Source of the DNA: a virus
Lineage: Duplodnaviria; Caudoviricetes
Reading direction: 5' to 3' (one strand)
DNA length: 64,000 nucleotides
Virus record (IMG/VR): IMGVR_UViG_3300042383_000245
Coordinates: 1,287-65,286 of that record
Part shown: positions 50,246 to 58,003 of the stretch, one piece after another
How the letters are laid out: each line of letters begins with the position of its first letter
How positions within the stretch are numbered: position 1 is the stretch's first letter
Made by a program: the position numbers and the translations under genes
Notes under the pieces: model-generated
The model's input: the letters and a program-made list of their open reading frames with translations, nothing else
What the model was told of the DNA's origin: nothing
The model's database searches: none

Positions 50246-50388
50246 TTCTTTTTGGCTGTCTTTGCTGACTGCTTGAATGCTTTCGCTGTCGGTGCACCCT
50301 TGGTCCCCGGCTTACGCATCTTCTCACCGCTTCCGGCTTCGATACGCTTCTTCTTTGCGTTGATGTTTGCGTACAGTCCGTTTTTCAT
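50242..50388 (-). CDS. small basic protein (48 aa, not in track)
   Basis: MKNGLYANINAKKKRIEAGSGEKMRKPGTKGAPTAKAFKQSAKTAKKK; ATGA overlaps at both ends. Confidence 0.7.
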   Translation of the reverse strand: MKNGLYANINAKKKRIEAGSGEKMRKPGTKGAPTAKAFKQSAKTAKKK

Positions 50389-50528
50389 CGTCCCTGTCCC
50401 TTATATTTCTTGACGTAGTTCTTCGATGTCTTCATTGAAGAGCTCTTCTTCTTAGACACAACGCCGGGGCGCTTAATCGATGCCTTTGGCTTCCACTTGG
50501 CAGCCTCTGATTTTACTTTTGCTGCCAT
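50385..50528 (-). CDS. small basic protein (47 aa, not in track)
   Basis: MAAKVKSE...KNYVKKYKGQGR; the C-terminal KKYxGQG motif is common in phage basic proteins. Confidence 0.65.
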   Translation of the reverse strand: MAAKVKSEAAKWKPKASIKRPGVVSKKKSSSMKTSKNYVKKYKGQGR

Positions 50529-50959
50529 ATGTATAATCTGAAATATTCAAAATCTTCTTTTCCGCCCTCTTCAACGTAGTTCAAGTAAGCCTCGTATATC
50601 GGGCCTCCGAAACTAACTTCTTGATAAGAGGTGTCAACGCCACTGCCAATCATTTTAACAGCGTAAAATTCAACCTTGTGCTCCATTTCTTCCACTACGT
50701 GCTTGACTTCTTCAACCTTTGCCTCAGCAACAACAACAGCTTCTTTCAGTTCGGCTTTCTCTTCTTGCTTTTGTGCAACAAGTGCTGCACTTTTGGTTTG
50801 AGCAACTTTGGTTACCTGTGAGGCCAAACTCAAATTTCTTTGAATCTTTGCCATCATCATCTCAATCTCGTCTATTGGAGGAGTGGTAACTGCCCCTACG
50901 GGAAATGCAAGTTCTACAGCCAATAAGAAAAAACAAAAGGCAATGATGAAAGTCCTCAT
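50513..50959 (-). CDS. secreted or membrane-anchored coiled-coil protein
   Basis: N-terminal hydrophobic signal followed by a coiled coil. Confidence 0.55.
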   Translation of the reverse strand: MRTFIIAFCFFLLAVELAFPVGAVTTPPIDEIEMMMAKIQRNLSLASQVTKVAQTKSAALVAQKQEEKAELKEAVVVAEAKVEEVKHVVEEMEHKVEFYAVKMIGSGVDTSYQEVSFGGPIYEAYLNYVEEGGKEDFEYFRLYIWQQK

Positions 50960-51213
50960 AGCTTTTTAACGGTATTTATAATCCTAAGCTCAGTTATTGC
51001 AGCAGAGAGGGCAGAATCGCTTCTCTTGAGGGCATATGCCATCTTATCGATTTTGATCTCCATGGCGTCGATCTTTTTGTTGGCCTTCTCGATCTGCTCG
51101 GTGTATCCTGAGCGAAGGTCCACGTACAAGTAACCAACAACAAGCAGCATGCAGAACGCAACGGCTGCTACTGGGTTCTTTTGAAATTCAGAAAAGCTAA
51201 CGGGTAGTTTCAT
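50956..51213 (-). CDS. membrane protein with coiled coil
   Basis: one TM helix plus heptad repeat. Confidence 0.55.
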   Translation of the reverse strand: MKLPVSFSEFQKNPVAAVAFCMLLVVGYLYVDLRSGYTEQIEKANKKIDAMEIKIDKMAYALKRSDSALSAAITELRIINTVKKL

Positions 51214-51386
51214 TTTTTAATAATTCCTTTTACGTAGTAAATGCATGCAAGAATTCCAGAGATGCAACCAATAACACCAACAATCATAGAAATAATAGGT
51301 TGCCACGCTGTAGCGAATGACGCAACTGCGGCTACTCCCGTTATTGTTGTGAGGGTATTAGCCGCTGAGTCTGTTTGGTGGATCAT
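51210..51386 (-). CDS. small two-TM membrane protein (holin-like)
   Basis: start moved to 51386; two hydrophobic segments and a basic C-terminus. Confidence 0.45.
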   Translation of the reverse strand: MIHQTDSAANTLTTITGVAAVASFATAWQPIISMIVGVIGCISGILACIYYVKGIIKK

Positions 51387-51643
51387 TACCAGAGAGCTAC
51401 GATGTTTGTTGCAGAAGTTCCAGTGGCCCAAACCTTAACGACTTGGATGCTCATAAATGTTCCAACAGGGACAGCGGAAAAGGTAACTTCGTCGCCACCA
51501 ACAGTGGTAACTTTCACGTTTCCAGCGCCTCCGATGTACAACAAACAACCATTGTTGCTTGTGCCTCCAGTAATTGGCGGAATATTTGCAGAATCAGACG
51601 GTGTAACCGCTGCTGCACGACCTGCTTGTAGTATCTGATACAT
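51386..51643 (-). CDS. head spike base protein (RcGTA rcc01079-like)
   Basis: AAAVTPSD...LYIGGAGNVKVT...VTF..VPVGT....QV.KVWATGTSATNIVAL pattern. Confidence 0.65.
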   Translation of the reverse strand: MYQILQAGRAAAVTPSDSANIPPITGGTSNNGCLLYIGGAGNVKVTTVGGDEVTFSAVPVGTFMSIQVVKVWATGTSATNIVALW

Positions 51644-51661
51644 AATACTACAAATATAATA

Positions 51662-51820
51662 CTAATCTTTTTTCTTCTTGTAAGGCACCAGCTTGTTCAA
51701 AGCCTCCTGTCTGGCATCGCATCCGCAGTTTTCTCCGAACAAACTTTTCACCAATGCCTCTATTCCAGTCGCCTTTGTGATAACGGCTACGGTGTCTCCC
51801 AAGCCCTTTTGCTTCTCCAT
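51662..51820 (-). CDS. small hypothetical protein (52 aa, not in track)
   Basis: MEKQKGLGDTVAVITKATGI...CGCDARQEALNKL; TAATTTTG 4 nt upstream. Confidence 0.65.
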   Translation of the reverse strand: MEKQKGLGDTVAVITKATGIEALVKSLFGENCGCDARQEALNKLVPYKKKKD

Positions 51821-51892
51821 TTAACAAAATTAGTTTAAATTTGTTACAGTTATTATACCAGAGGTATAACTACAGCAATAAAATCAAACTAA

Positions 51893-52360
51893 ATGGACAA
51901 CAAAGAACTAGCACAGAAGCTAGCGTACATGCCGATCATATCGAAGTATGTACAACGTAAGTACGAAATTACAGCGGCACAGATGAGCGTGCTGCTTTTC
52001 ATCTACCACAAGCGGCTATTCCCGCTACGCCAGTACTTTAACTACAAGTGCATGTTCAAGTGGGAGGCCAAGGCGTTCCACGAGATGCAGCGGCGTGGTT
52101 TTATGAAGATCGCAAAGGAGTCGTCCAAGAAACTGGGCGTTATCTACGCCTCGACCCGCAAGACTGACAAGATCGTTGAGGAGTTCTTTGAGATGCTACG
52201 AGACGATGTCTACATCTCCACTGACCCGGAAGTGAACCCGCTGTTTAAGCGGGAAGACTTCCAAGACAAAGTGTTTTCTAATTTTATGAAGGCAATCAAT
52301 CGAGAACGAGAACGACGTCCCGCTCCTGGATTATATGATACGGACGATTCTGAATTCTAA
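51893..52360 (+). CDS. putative winged-helix (MarR-like) regulator
   Basis: only + strand gene inside the late block; KYEITAAQMSVLLFIY...RRGFM...IYAST pattern; own TAAATTTG box at 51836-51843. Confidence 0.5.
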   Translation: MDNKELAQKLAYMPIISKYVQRKYEITAAQMSVLLFIYHKRLFPLRQYFNYKCMFKWEAKAFHEMQRRGFMKIAKESSKKLGVIYASTRKTDKIVEEFFEMLRDDVYISTDPEVNPLFKREDFQDKVFSNFMKAINRERERRPAPGLYDTDDSEF

Positions 52361-52559
52361 CGCCATGACCGGCTCTACGATCGTAGTATACGATTGTACC
52401 ACCGTTTATGTCAGGTATAACGTCTTGGCCCACGTGGATACACTCCGCCTTCCCGTACCGCAGGTCGTTCTCGTCTGTTGATGTCATGATGAGCCCAGAG
52501 GAGGCTTTCGTCTCCTCTTTGATTGGCTCGATTACTATGTATTTTCCTATGGCTCTCAT
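52296..52559 (-). CDS. groES: co-chaperonin GroES
   Basis: IGKYIVIEP...ASSGLIM...VGQDV...IIQERDVVLV; directly downstream of groEL. Confidence 0.8.
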   Translation of the reverse strand: MRAIGKYIVIEPIKEETKASSGLIMTSTDENDLRYGKAECIHVGQDVIPDINGGTIVYYDRRAGHGVRIQNRPYHIIQERDVVLVLD

Positions 52560-54130
52560 TTGGCTCTTGCGTTAGTGATGATACAGTTGGTGCTCATGAT
52601 CGTCGTGGCGACGCTTACGGCGTTCTCTAAGGCACTCTTGGTGACTTTTAGAGGGTCTATGATGCCCATCTCGATCATATTGCCTACACGGGCCTCTTTC
52701 ACGTCGTATCCGTAGCCGAACTGTCCTTGATATCCCAAGGCGATGTCGCCCTTGATCTCGTTCGCGTCGTATCCTCCGTTTGCCAAGATGGTATTGAACG
52801 GCTGCTGCATGGCATGCTTGAGGATGTTCTTTGCTGTCGAGCAGCCACACATCTCACCTGCGATGTTCAGAAGCGCCACACCACCACCGGGCAGGATGCC
52901 TCCCTCCATGGCGGCCTTGGTCGCGTACACCGCGTCCTCGACCCTGTCCTTCTTCTCTTTCATCTCCACGTCGCTCTGTGCGCCGACGTAGATAACACCA
53001 ACACCACCTGCAAGGTTCGCCAAACGCTCCTCTAGGTGCTTTTTCACGTACTCGTTGGTCGCTTCCTCCAGTTTTGTGCGGATGGAATCGACGCGTGTCG
53101 CAACTCCAGCCTGAGACTCGTCGTCCGTCATGATAACAGTGCTGTCCTTAGCAACCACCACCTTGTTGGCGTGGCCTAGGTCAGCGAACGAAATGGTGAA
53201 CAGGTTGTCGCCCGTCTCGTCAGAGATGTACTTGGCGCCGGTTGCGGCCGCGATGTCCTCCATGATCTCGGAGCGGTTGGCACCGAAGCTTGGTGGAACG
53301 ATGGCGCAGACCTTGATCACTCCCTTCATCTTGTTCAAGTTTAGGCTGTTCAATGCGTTCTCCGCCAGCTCCGCGATGATCAGTATGCTTTTTCCTTGCT
53401 GCACGATCGGAGCCAATAGGTGCTCGATGTTGTTCAAAGACGATATCTCCTGGTCAGAGACCAGTATGTAGCAGTCCTCGAGGATCGCTTCGTTCTTTTT
53501 CTGGTCCGTGATGAAGTACTTCGACATGTAGCCCCTGTTTAGCTTCATTCCAGACACCACCTCTGAGTAAGTCGTAGCGTTGTTCGACGCCTCAACCGTT
53601 ACAACGCCGTCTTTTGACACCATGGTATACGCGTCAGCGATGATCTGCCCCAGCTCTGGGTCATTATTGGCCGAAATGGTAGCCACAGACGCCAATGATT
53701 CGTCGGTTACCGGTATCGCCATCGCGTCCAGAGCCTGTCCAACAGCAATTGCGAGGTCTTTCACCTCTCTGAGAACCTTTGTTGGGTTGTCCTCTGGCTT
53801 GATGAACTGCTGGTAGCCATGGATCAGGGCCTGCGTAAGCACCACAGACGTAGTTGTCCCGTCACCGGCAGCTGTTGCAGTCCTCTCAGAAGCCTCACGG
53901 ACCATCTGCACGGCCAAATTCTGCGTTGGATCGTCCAATACGATGGACCTTGCGACGCTAACACCGTCTTTTGTTACGTGAATTCCGTGTGTGAACTGGT
54001 CAGACTCGATCAATACGGTCTGGCCACGGGCTCCGAGGGTGGATTTTACGGCATCGGCGATGATGTCAATGCCAGACACCAGCTTTGCACGGGCGTCAGC
54101 CCCAAATTCTACATTTTTTACAATATTCAT
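52556..54130 (-). CDS. groEL: chaperonin GroEL (phage-encoded)
   Basis: ADAVKSTLG, VTKDGVSVA, AGDGTTTS, ATISAN, ERLANLAGG, EKKDRVEDA, PGGGVAL, GIIDP; start moved to 54130. Confidence 0.93.
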   Translation of the reverse strand: MNIVKNVEFGADARAKLVSGIDIIADAVKSTLGARGQTVLIESDQFTHGIHVTKDGVSVARSIVLDDPTQNLAVQMVREASERTATAAGDGTTTSVVLTQALIHGYQQFIKPEDNPTKVLREVKDLAIAVGQALDAMAIPVTDESLASVATISANNDPELGQIIADAYTMVSKDGVVTVEASNNATTYSEVVSGMKLNRGYMSKYFITDQKKNEAILEDCYILVSDQEISSLNNIEHLLAPIVQQGKSILIIAELAENALNSLNLNKMKGVIKVCAIVPPSFGANRSEIMEDIAAATGAKYISDETGDNLFTISFADLGHANKVVVAKDSTVIMTDDESQAGVATRVDSIRTKLEEATNEYVKKHLEERLANLAGGVGVIYVGAQSDVEMKEKKDRVEDAVYATKAAMEGGILPGGGVALLNIAGEMCGCSTAKNILKHAMQQPFNTILANGGYDANEIKGDIALGYQGQFGYGYDVKEARVGNMIEMGIIDPLKVTKSALENAVSVATTIMSTNCIITNARAK

Positions 54131-54158
54131 ATTTGATTTTATTAGTGCAAATATAAAC

Positions 54159-54183
54159 AAAAAAAGGGCCGTTAAGCCCTTTT
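54159..54183 (-). terminator. intrinsic terminator (bidirectional form)
   Basis: AAAAGGGC-CGTTAA-GCCCTTTT. Confidence 0.65.
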
Positions 54184-54203
54184 CTGTCACATTGTCGTGA
54201 AAA

Positions 54204-54413
54204 TTATTTTCTCTTGGTCATCTTGCCACTGCCGTACTGGCTTCTGGTAGTGTATGTCTGGTACTCCTTCACTGGAGTCGCCATGTCTGACTTTTTGAGC
54301 TTCGATGGCTGTGCCTTTGTTGCCTTTTTGCCGATTACGCCCTTGGCCATCAACACGTCCTTCTTGGTAACCTTTCCGTCACCGCTCATGTCTGGGAATT
54401 TTTTATTTTTCAT
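54204..54413 (-). CDS. small basic protein with EF-hand-like loop
   Basis: PDMSGDGKVTKKD. Confidence 0.6.
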   Translation of the reverse strand: MKNKKFPDMSGDGKVTKKDVLMAKGVIGKKATKAQPSKLKKSDMATPVKEYQTYTTRSQYGSGKMTKRK

Positions 54414-54418
54414 TTCTT

Positions 54419-54733
54419 TTAGAATTTACTTTTTGACTTACAAAAGTTATTGCCAACGCCGCAGTTACCAGAACCACGAGACACTGTAGAAGAACGTACT
54501 TTCATCTTTGTCTTCTGTACGTTTGCACGCATCTTGTCTCTCATCAAGTCGATGCCCTTTCCGCTAGACACGTTTGACTTCTTCTTCTTTACTGTACCTG
54601 TATTAATAGCAGGCATAGCAGGACCTCTAGTGTCATCTTTCTTTGGTGGGTTAAAACCAGGAGCCATAAATGGCTTAGTTGCCGCCTTGACTGTCGGCTT
54701 TACCGTTGGTGTAGGGTTCTTTTTAGTTGCCAT
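54419..54733 (-). CDS. Lys/Pro-rich basic protein
   Basis: low-complexity basic ORF tightly packed with its neighbours. Confidence 0.55.
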   Translation of the reverse strand: MATKKNPTPTVKPTVKAATKPFMAPGFNPPKKDDTRGPAMPAINTGTVKKKKSNVSSGKGIDLMRDKMRANVQKTKMKVRSSTVSRGSGNCGVGNNFCKSKSKF

Positions 54734-55044
54734 TATTTTGTTTTCTTTTTACCACGACCCATTTGACGCAGTTCTTTGTTTGTTGGTCCTTGTCCAGTTC
54801 CTAATCTTGGATCATTTGAATTCATATATCTATCCGATCCCCTTTGTTTTTGTCTTGCTCTAACCTCAGAAATGACAACGCCAGTAGCAGCACCAATAGC
54901 GCCTCCAACTTTTGCCATAGTATCTTTGCGCTTTGCCTTTTTCATCTCAGCGGTCTTCGCTGGTGTCATGGGAACCTTTGGGGCTGCCTTCTTGGCCTCC
55001 TTCTTGGTAGCTGGTCCCATCATGGGCTTCTTTGGTTTCATCAT
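54733..55044 (-). CDS. Lys/Met-rich basic protein
   Basis: low-complexity basic ORF; TATCTTTG 7 nt upstream. Confidence 0.55.
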   Translation of the reverse strand: MMKPKKPMMGPATKKEAKKAAPKVPMTPAKTAEMKKAKRKDTMAKVGGAIGAATGVVISEVRARQKQRGSDRYMNSNDPRLGTGQGPTNKELRQMGRGKKKTK

Positions 55045-55060
55045 AATGCTACAAAGATAA

Positions 55061-55639
55061 TTATAAATCCCTACTCTCGATCAGCGTGTAGGTCCACTTA
55101 GTACCCTTGTCGAGCTGCACTACCTTCATAAACTCATCGAAGTCCTTGATCCGCTTAAATACCTGACAGCCCTCAGACCAGTTCTCTACCACCGCCGAGT
55201 CGGCGCCCGCGTGGTGGATGTTGATGCCAAAGATTCCGGTGTCAACCTTGGTCTCATCGAAGACCATGTCCTTGTTCGCATCCCTGTATACCTTCACCGG
55301 CCCGCATTGCTTCAATGCCTTGTACTTTCCCTGATGTAAACCAACAAAGTGTGACCCTGGGTACTGCCCCGGTACAACGCGTGCAACGCCACCCGCATTG
55401 TGGAACTGCTTCACAGCCTTCGTCCCCGGATCAGTGGTACACGCCCACTTGTGGAAACACCACACGCCCTTGTCATTCTTGTACGACAATGTCATCCAGT
55501 CGTCAAAGACGTTCGTTACCTTCTTGCCGGGACTGGAGTTCCGAACACCAATCACATTCATGTTGTACTCTCCATTCTCAAAGTACTTGTAACCAAGCTT
55601 GGCACAAGCAGCCATTACTGTCTCTCTTGTAATTTCCAT
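55061..55639 (-). CDS. putative endolysin with L,D-transpeptidase (YkuD)-like catalytic motif
   Basis: NVIGVR...FDD...TTDPG...GINIHHAG...WSEGCQVF (His...Ser-x-Gly-Cys); start moved to 55639. Confidence 0.6.
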   Translation of the reverse strand: MEITRETVMAACAKLGYKYFENGEYNMNVIGVRNSSPGKKVTNVFDDWMTLSYKNDKGVWCFHKWACTTDPGTKAVKQFHNAGGVARVVPGQYPGSHFVGLHQGKYKALKQCGPVKVYRDANKDMVFDETKVDTGIFGINIHHAGADSAVVENWSEGCQVFKRIKDFDEFMKVVQLDKGTKWTYTLIESRDL

Positions 55640-55699
55640 AGTACAAAGATAAGCCATGGACACGAAAGCATACAAGACCTCACGAGTGAGCTCTTATAC

Positions 55700-55915
55700 C
55701 GTTGTGTCGAAAATTGGGTTCCCTACTACTACTATATATAAATACTATATTTATATTTTTTTTTAAATCCTTAATCAAGGAGAAAAAAACGACACAAATA
55801 GAATAATATATTAGAAATCAATGAGTTAGACCATGTCGCCTCCAGTGTCACTTTAAGTAGAATCGACACCTGTCCACGCAAAACCGACACTTATCCACAA
55901 AAACCGACACATAAT
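55700..55915. repeat. iteron-like CGACAC repeats, AT-rich tract and DnaA box (candidate origin)
   Basis: CGACAC at 55790, 55864, 55885, 55905; inverted GTGTCG at 55704; TTATCCACA at 55891-55899. Confidence 0.45.
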
Positions 55916-55980
55916 CAAGCCACTTTTTGGATTGGTTATATAGCAGGTGTGTAAGAGCTCCGCTGACATTTGGTACATAA

Positions 55981-56014
55981 AACAGAAAAGGCCCCGATGT
56001 CGGAGCCTTCTGTT
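55981..56014 (-). terminator. intrinsic terminator
   Basis: AACAGAAAAGGC...GCCTTCTGTT inverted repeat downstream of 56029..56208. Confidence 0.55.
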
Positions 56015-56028
56015 GGGACCAGGTGGTG

Positions 56029-56208
56029 TTACTTACAGCTACCTTTCACCTTCATGGTGAGGGGCATGTCTGTCATTTTCTTTGCCATTGACATGGCTTC
56101 CGCCATCATCATGGTCTTCTTTGCCTGCTTCATCATAGACTTTTGCTCCGCCATTTTGGCGATGCCAGTTGTCTGTGGAGGCATCGGATTGTTAAGTGGT
56201 TTCTTCAT
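56029..56208 (-). CDS. Met/Lys-rich small protein (59 aa, not in track)
   Basis: MKKPLNNPMPPQTTGIAKMAEQKSMMKQAKKTMMMAEAMSMAKK...; TATCTTCG 4 nt upstream and terminator downstream. Confidence 0.65.
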   Translation of the reverse strand: MKKPLNNPMPPQTTGIAKMAEQKSMMKQAKKTMMMAEAMSMAKKMTDMPLTMKVKGSCK

Positions 56209-56250
56209 GTTGCGAAGATACTACAAGTTTGTCATTCACAGAGTGAACGA

Positions 56251-56385
56251 CTACCAAATGAATGTTACACGGAACAAACCTAAGTTGATGTCCAGTTCCT
56301 GGTGCTCGCCAGGATAGTTAGACTGAAAGTACTCGACGCCGAATAGAAAGGCGGAGGGAAATAATAAGGAGATCTCGATACCCAT
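56251..56385 (-). CDS. small hydrophobic protein (44 aa, not in track)
   Basis: MGIEISLLFPSAFLFGVEYF...LGLFRVTFIW; TACTTTTG 4 nt upstream. Confidence 0.55.
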   Translation of the reverse strand: MGIEISLLFPSAFLFGVEYFQSNYPGEHQELDINLGLFRVTFIW

Positions 56386-56821
56386 GTAGCAAAAGTAAGT
56401 ATAAGTCGCCAGACTTATAAGTGCCAATTATAAACCTATAGGCTTATAATCGACCATGTGATTTATACCTGTAGGTATAATACCGGGGAGTACTAGATGT
56501 TTAGAGATTCTGGGTAACCCCCCCATATTGCGCGTCCGGCCCCCGATCGGAAAGTGATCTTTTTTGCCCCACCCCCCTCGGGTTCTGTCGGCCCGTCCCG
56601 AATTTTTGGGCTTTTCGGCCTCGCGTCGACGTCGTCGATGTGACCGCCCCGATACGCGCCCAACAGCCCGTCAACCCGCGGAAACGTTGGGAACGCGCAG
56701 AGTTTCCGTTGGCTCTCGCATGCACATCGCATTTGAAACGCAACTTCCCTATCTCTCGCCATTTCACGCAGTTATGCGAATTGTCATGGAAATGTCATAA
56801 GATTAAAATATACGAAAATAA

Positions 56822-56864
56822 ATGTTGACATGCATAGAATTGTCAACATAAAGAGTTACTTTTG
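56822..56864 (+). promoter_or_regulatory. early promoter with overlapping inverted repeat
   Basis: ATGTTGACA-N10-TGTCAACAT (56822-56849) followed by a TACTTTTG-type -7 box upstream of the first early gene. Confidence 0.55.
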
Positions 56865-56888
56865 AATTGTCTTAAAACAAACACAGAT

Positions 56889-57161
56889 ATGAACACAATC
56901 TCAATCAACGCAGACAGCCAATTCTTCCAAGACTTAATGGACGAGAGCAAGGCAATCAACATCAACGGCAACATGGTTGCCAAGGGTTATTGGAACTTGG
57001 TTCTATCAATCCGTGACTGCTCCATGTACGCCAAGGTAGGCATGAAACCACATCGCCATTGGAAGATAACCGACGTAAAGAAATACTTCGGCATCAAGGG
57101 TACAGCACAGCAGATACACGAGCAACTTGTACAAATCAAAGAGGCAATCACCGAAGGTTAA
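56889..57161 (+). CDS. early hypothetical protein
   Basis: start moved to ATG 56889; its TAA lies inside hammerhead stem I. Confidence 0.7.
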   Translation: MNTISINADSQFFQDLMDESKAININGNMVAKGYWNLVLSIRDCSMYAKVGMKPHRHWKITDVKKYFGIKGTAQQIHEQLVQIKEAITEG

Positions 57162-57209
57162 CTGACGAGTCTTAACTAGACGAAACGGGGCTCACGCCCC
57201 GTCTTAACC
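57156..57209 (+). ncRNA. type I hammerhead ribozyme 1
   Basis: GGTTAA-CTGACGA-GTCT(taact)AGAC-GAAA-CGGGGC(tcac)GCCCCG-TC-TTAACC; complete core; GUC cleavage predicted after 57203. Confidence 0.93.
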
Positions 57210-57222
57210 AAAACAAAAGAAC

Positions 57223-57531
57223 ATGAAAATCTACTCAGTAAACAAAAGCGAAGACGGGTTAATGACCCAAGCATTCACCAACATCAAAGCCTTGTACAAC
57301 GGCATCGTTGAGCACGGGTACAACGCAGAGACCATCACGATGGTAAGCAGACCCGACGATAGGTCAAACATGCAAGGCTACAAGTTCACGGACGTGAAAT
57401 TCACATATGCGAACCTAGTCAAGGCATTGCGAGATTCATCGGACGGAGGTCGGTTATACGAACGGGTGACCATCAACTGCGAGAGGGACAACTTCATGTA
57501 CGTATCGGAGCACCAAATCGTATCAAAGTAA
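57223..57531 (+). CDS. early hypothetical protein
   Basis: 102 aa ORF between ribozymes 1 and 2. Confidence 0.7.
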   Translation: MKIYSVNKSEDGLMTQAFTNIKALYNGIVEHGYNAETITMVSRPDDRSNMQGYKFTDVKFTYANLVKALRDSSDGGRLYERVTINCERDNFMYVSEHQIVSK

Positions 57532-57589
57532 GGTTAACTGACGAGTCTTCAGTAGACGAAATGGGCTGGCCATCCAGCCCATCTTAACC
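57532..57589 (+). ncRNA. type I hammerhead ribozyme 2
   Basis: GGTTAA-CTGACGA-GTCT(tcagt)AGAC-GAAA-TGGGCTGG(ccat)CCAGCCCA-TC-TTAACC; AUC cleavage predicted after 57583. Confidence 0.93.
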
Positions 57590-57604
57590 AACACACACAT
57601 AGAC

Positions 57605-58003
57605 ATGAAGCACCTTATCAAATTACCCCAAGTGAATCCCGTTTACATCGTATCAAGCGAAGACGACAGCATGTACGCTGTGGTAGAACACAACGAGACC
57701 CTCGCCCACATCGTCGAGACCATCGACGGCACAAGGCAGACCTTGTACTTCCCCAACGGCGGAGAGATGTACTTCCAAGATACTGACCTACACCAAGTGA
57801 TGAGCCATGTGCCAAGCAGAACCAACTACGACATGGCATGGATGTGGTTTCAAGAGAACGAGTTTTCGTTCTTGCATGACCGAGGAAACGGAACAATCCA
57901 AGTGTACGTTGAGAACCCGAACAAAACTCAGCAATGCTACATGGACATATCACCCGAGGAGATTGACTATCGTGCTCAACTTTGGAGAGAGTCAAGAGGT
58001 TAA
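57605..58003 (+). CDS. early hypothetical protein
   Basis: 132 aa ORF between ribozymes 2 and 3; its TAA lies inside stem I. Confidence 0.7.
   Translation: MKHLIKLPQVNPVYIVSSEDDSMYAVVEHNETLAHIVETIDGTRQTLYFPNGGEMYFQDTDLHQVMSHVPSRTNYDMAWMWFQENEFSFLHDRGNGTIQVYVENPNKTQQCYMDISPEEIDYRAQLWRESRG

Noticed and set aside
55970-56828. Track ORFs 55970..56317 (+) and 56493-56828 (both strands)
   Set aside because: The first is the antisense shadow of two better-supported minus-strand genes; the others lie in a GC-rich island with no start context or protein-like composition.
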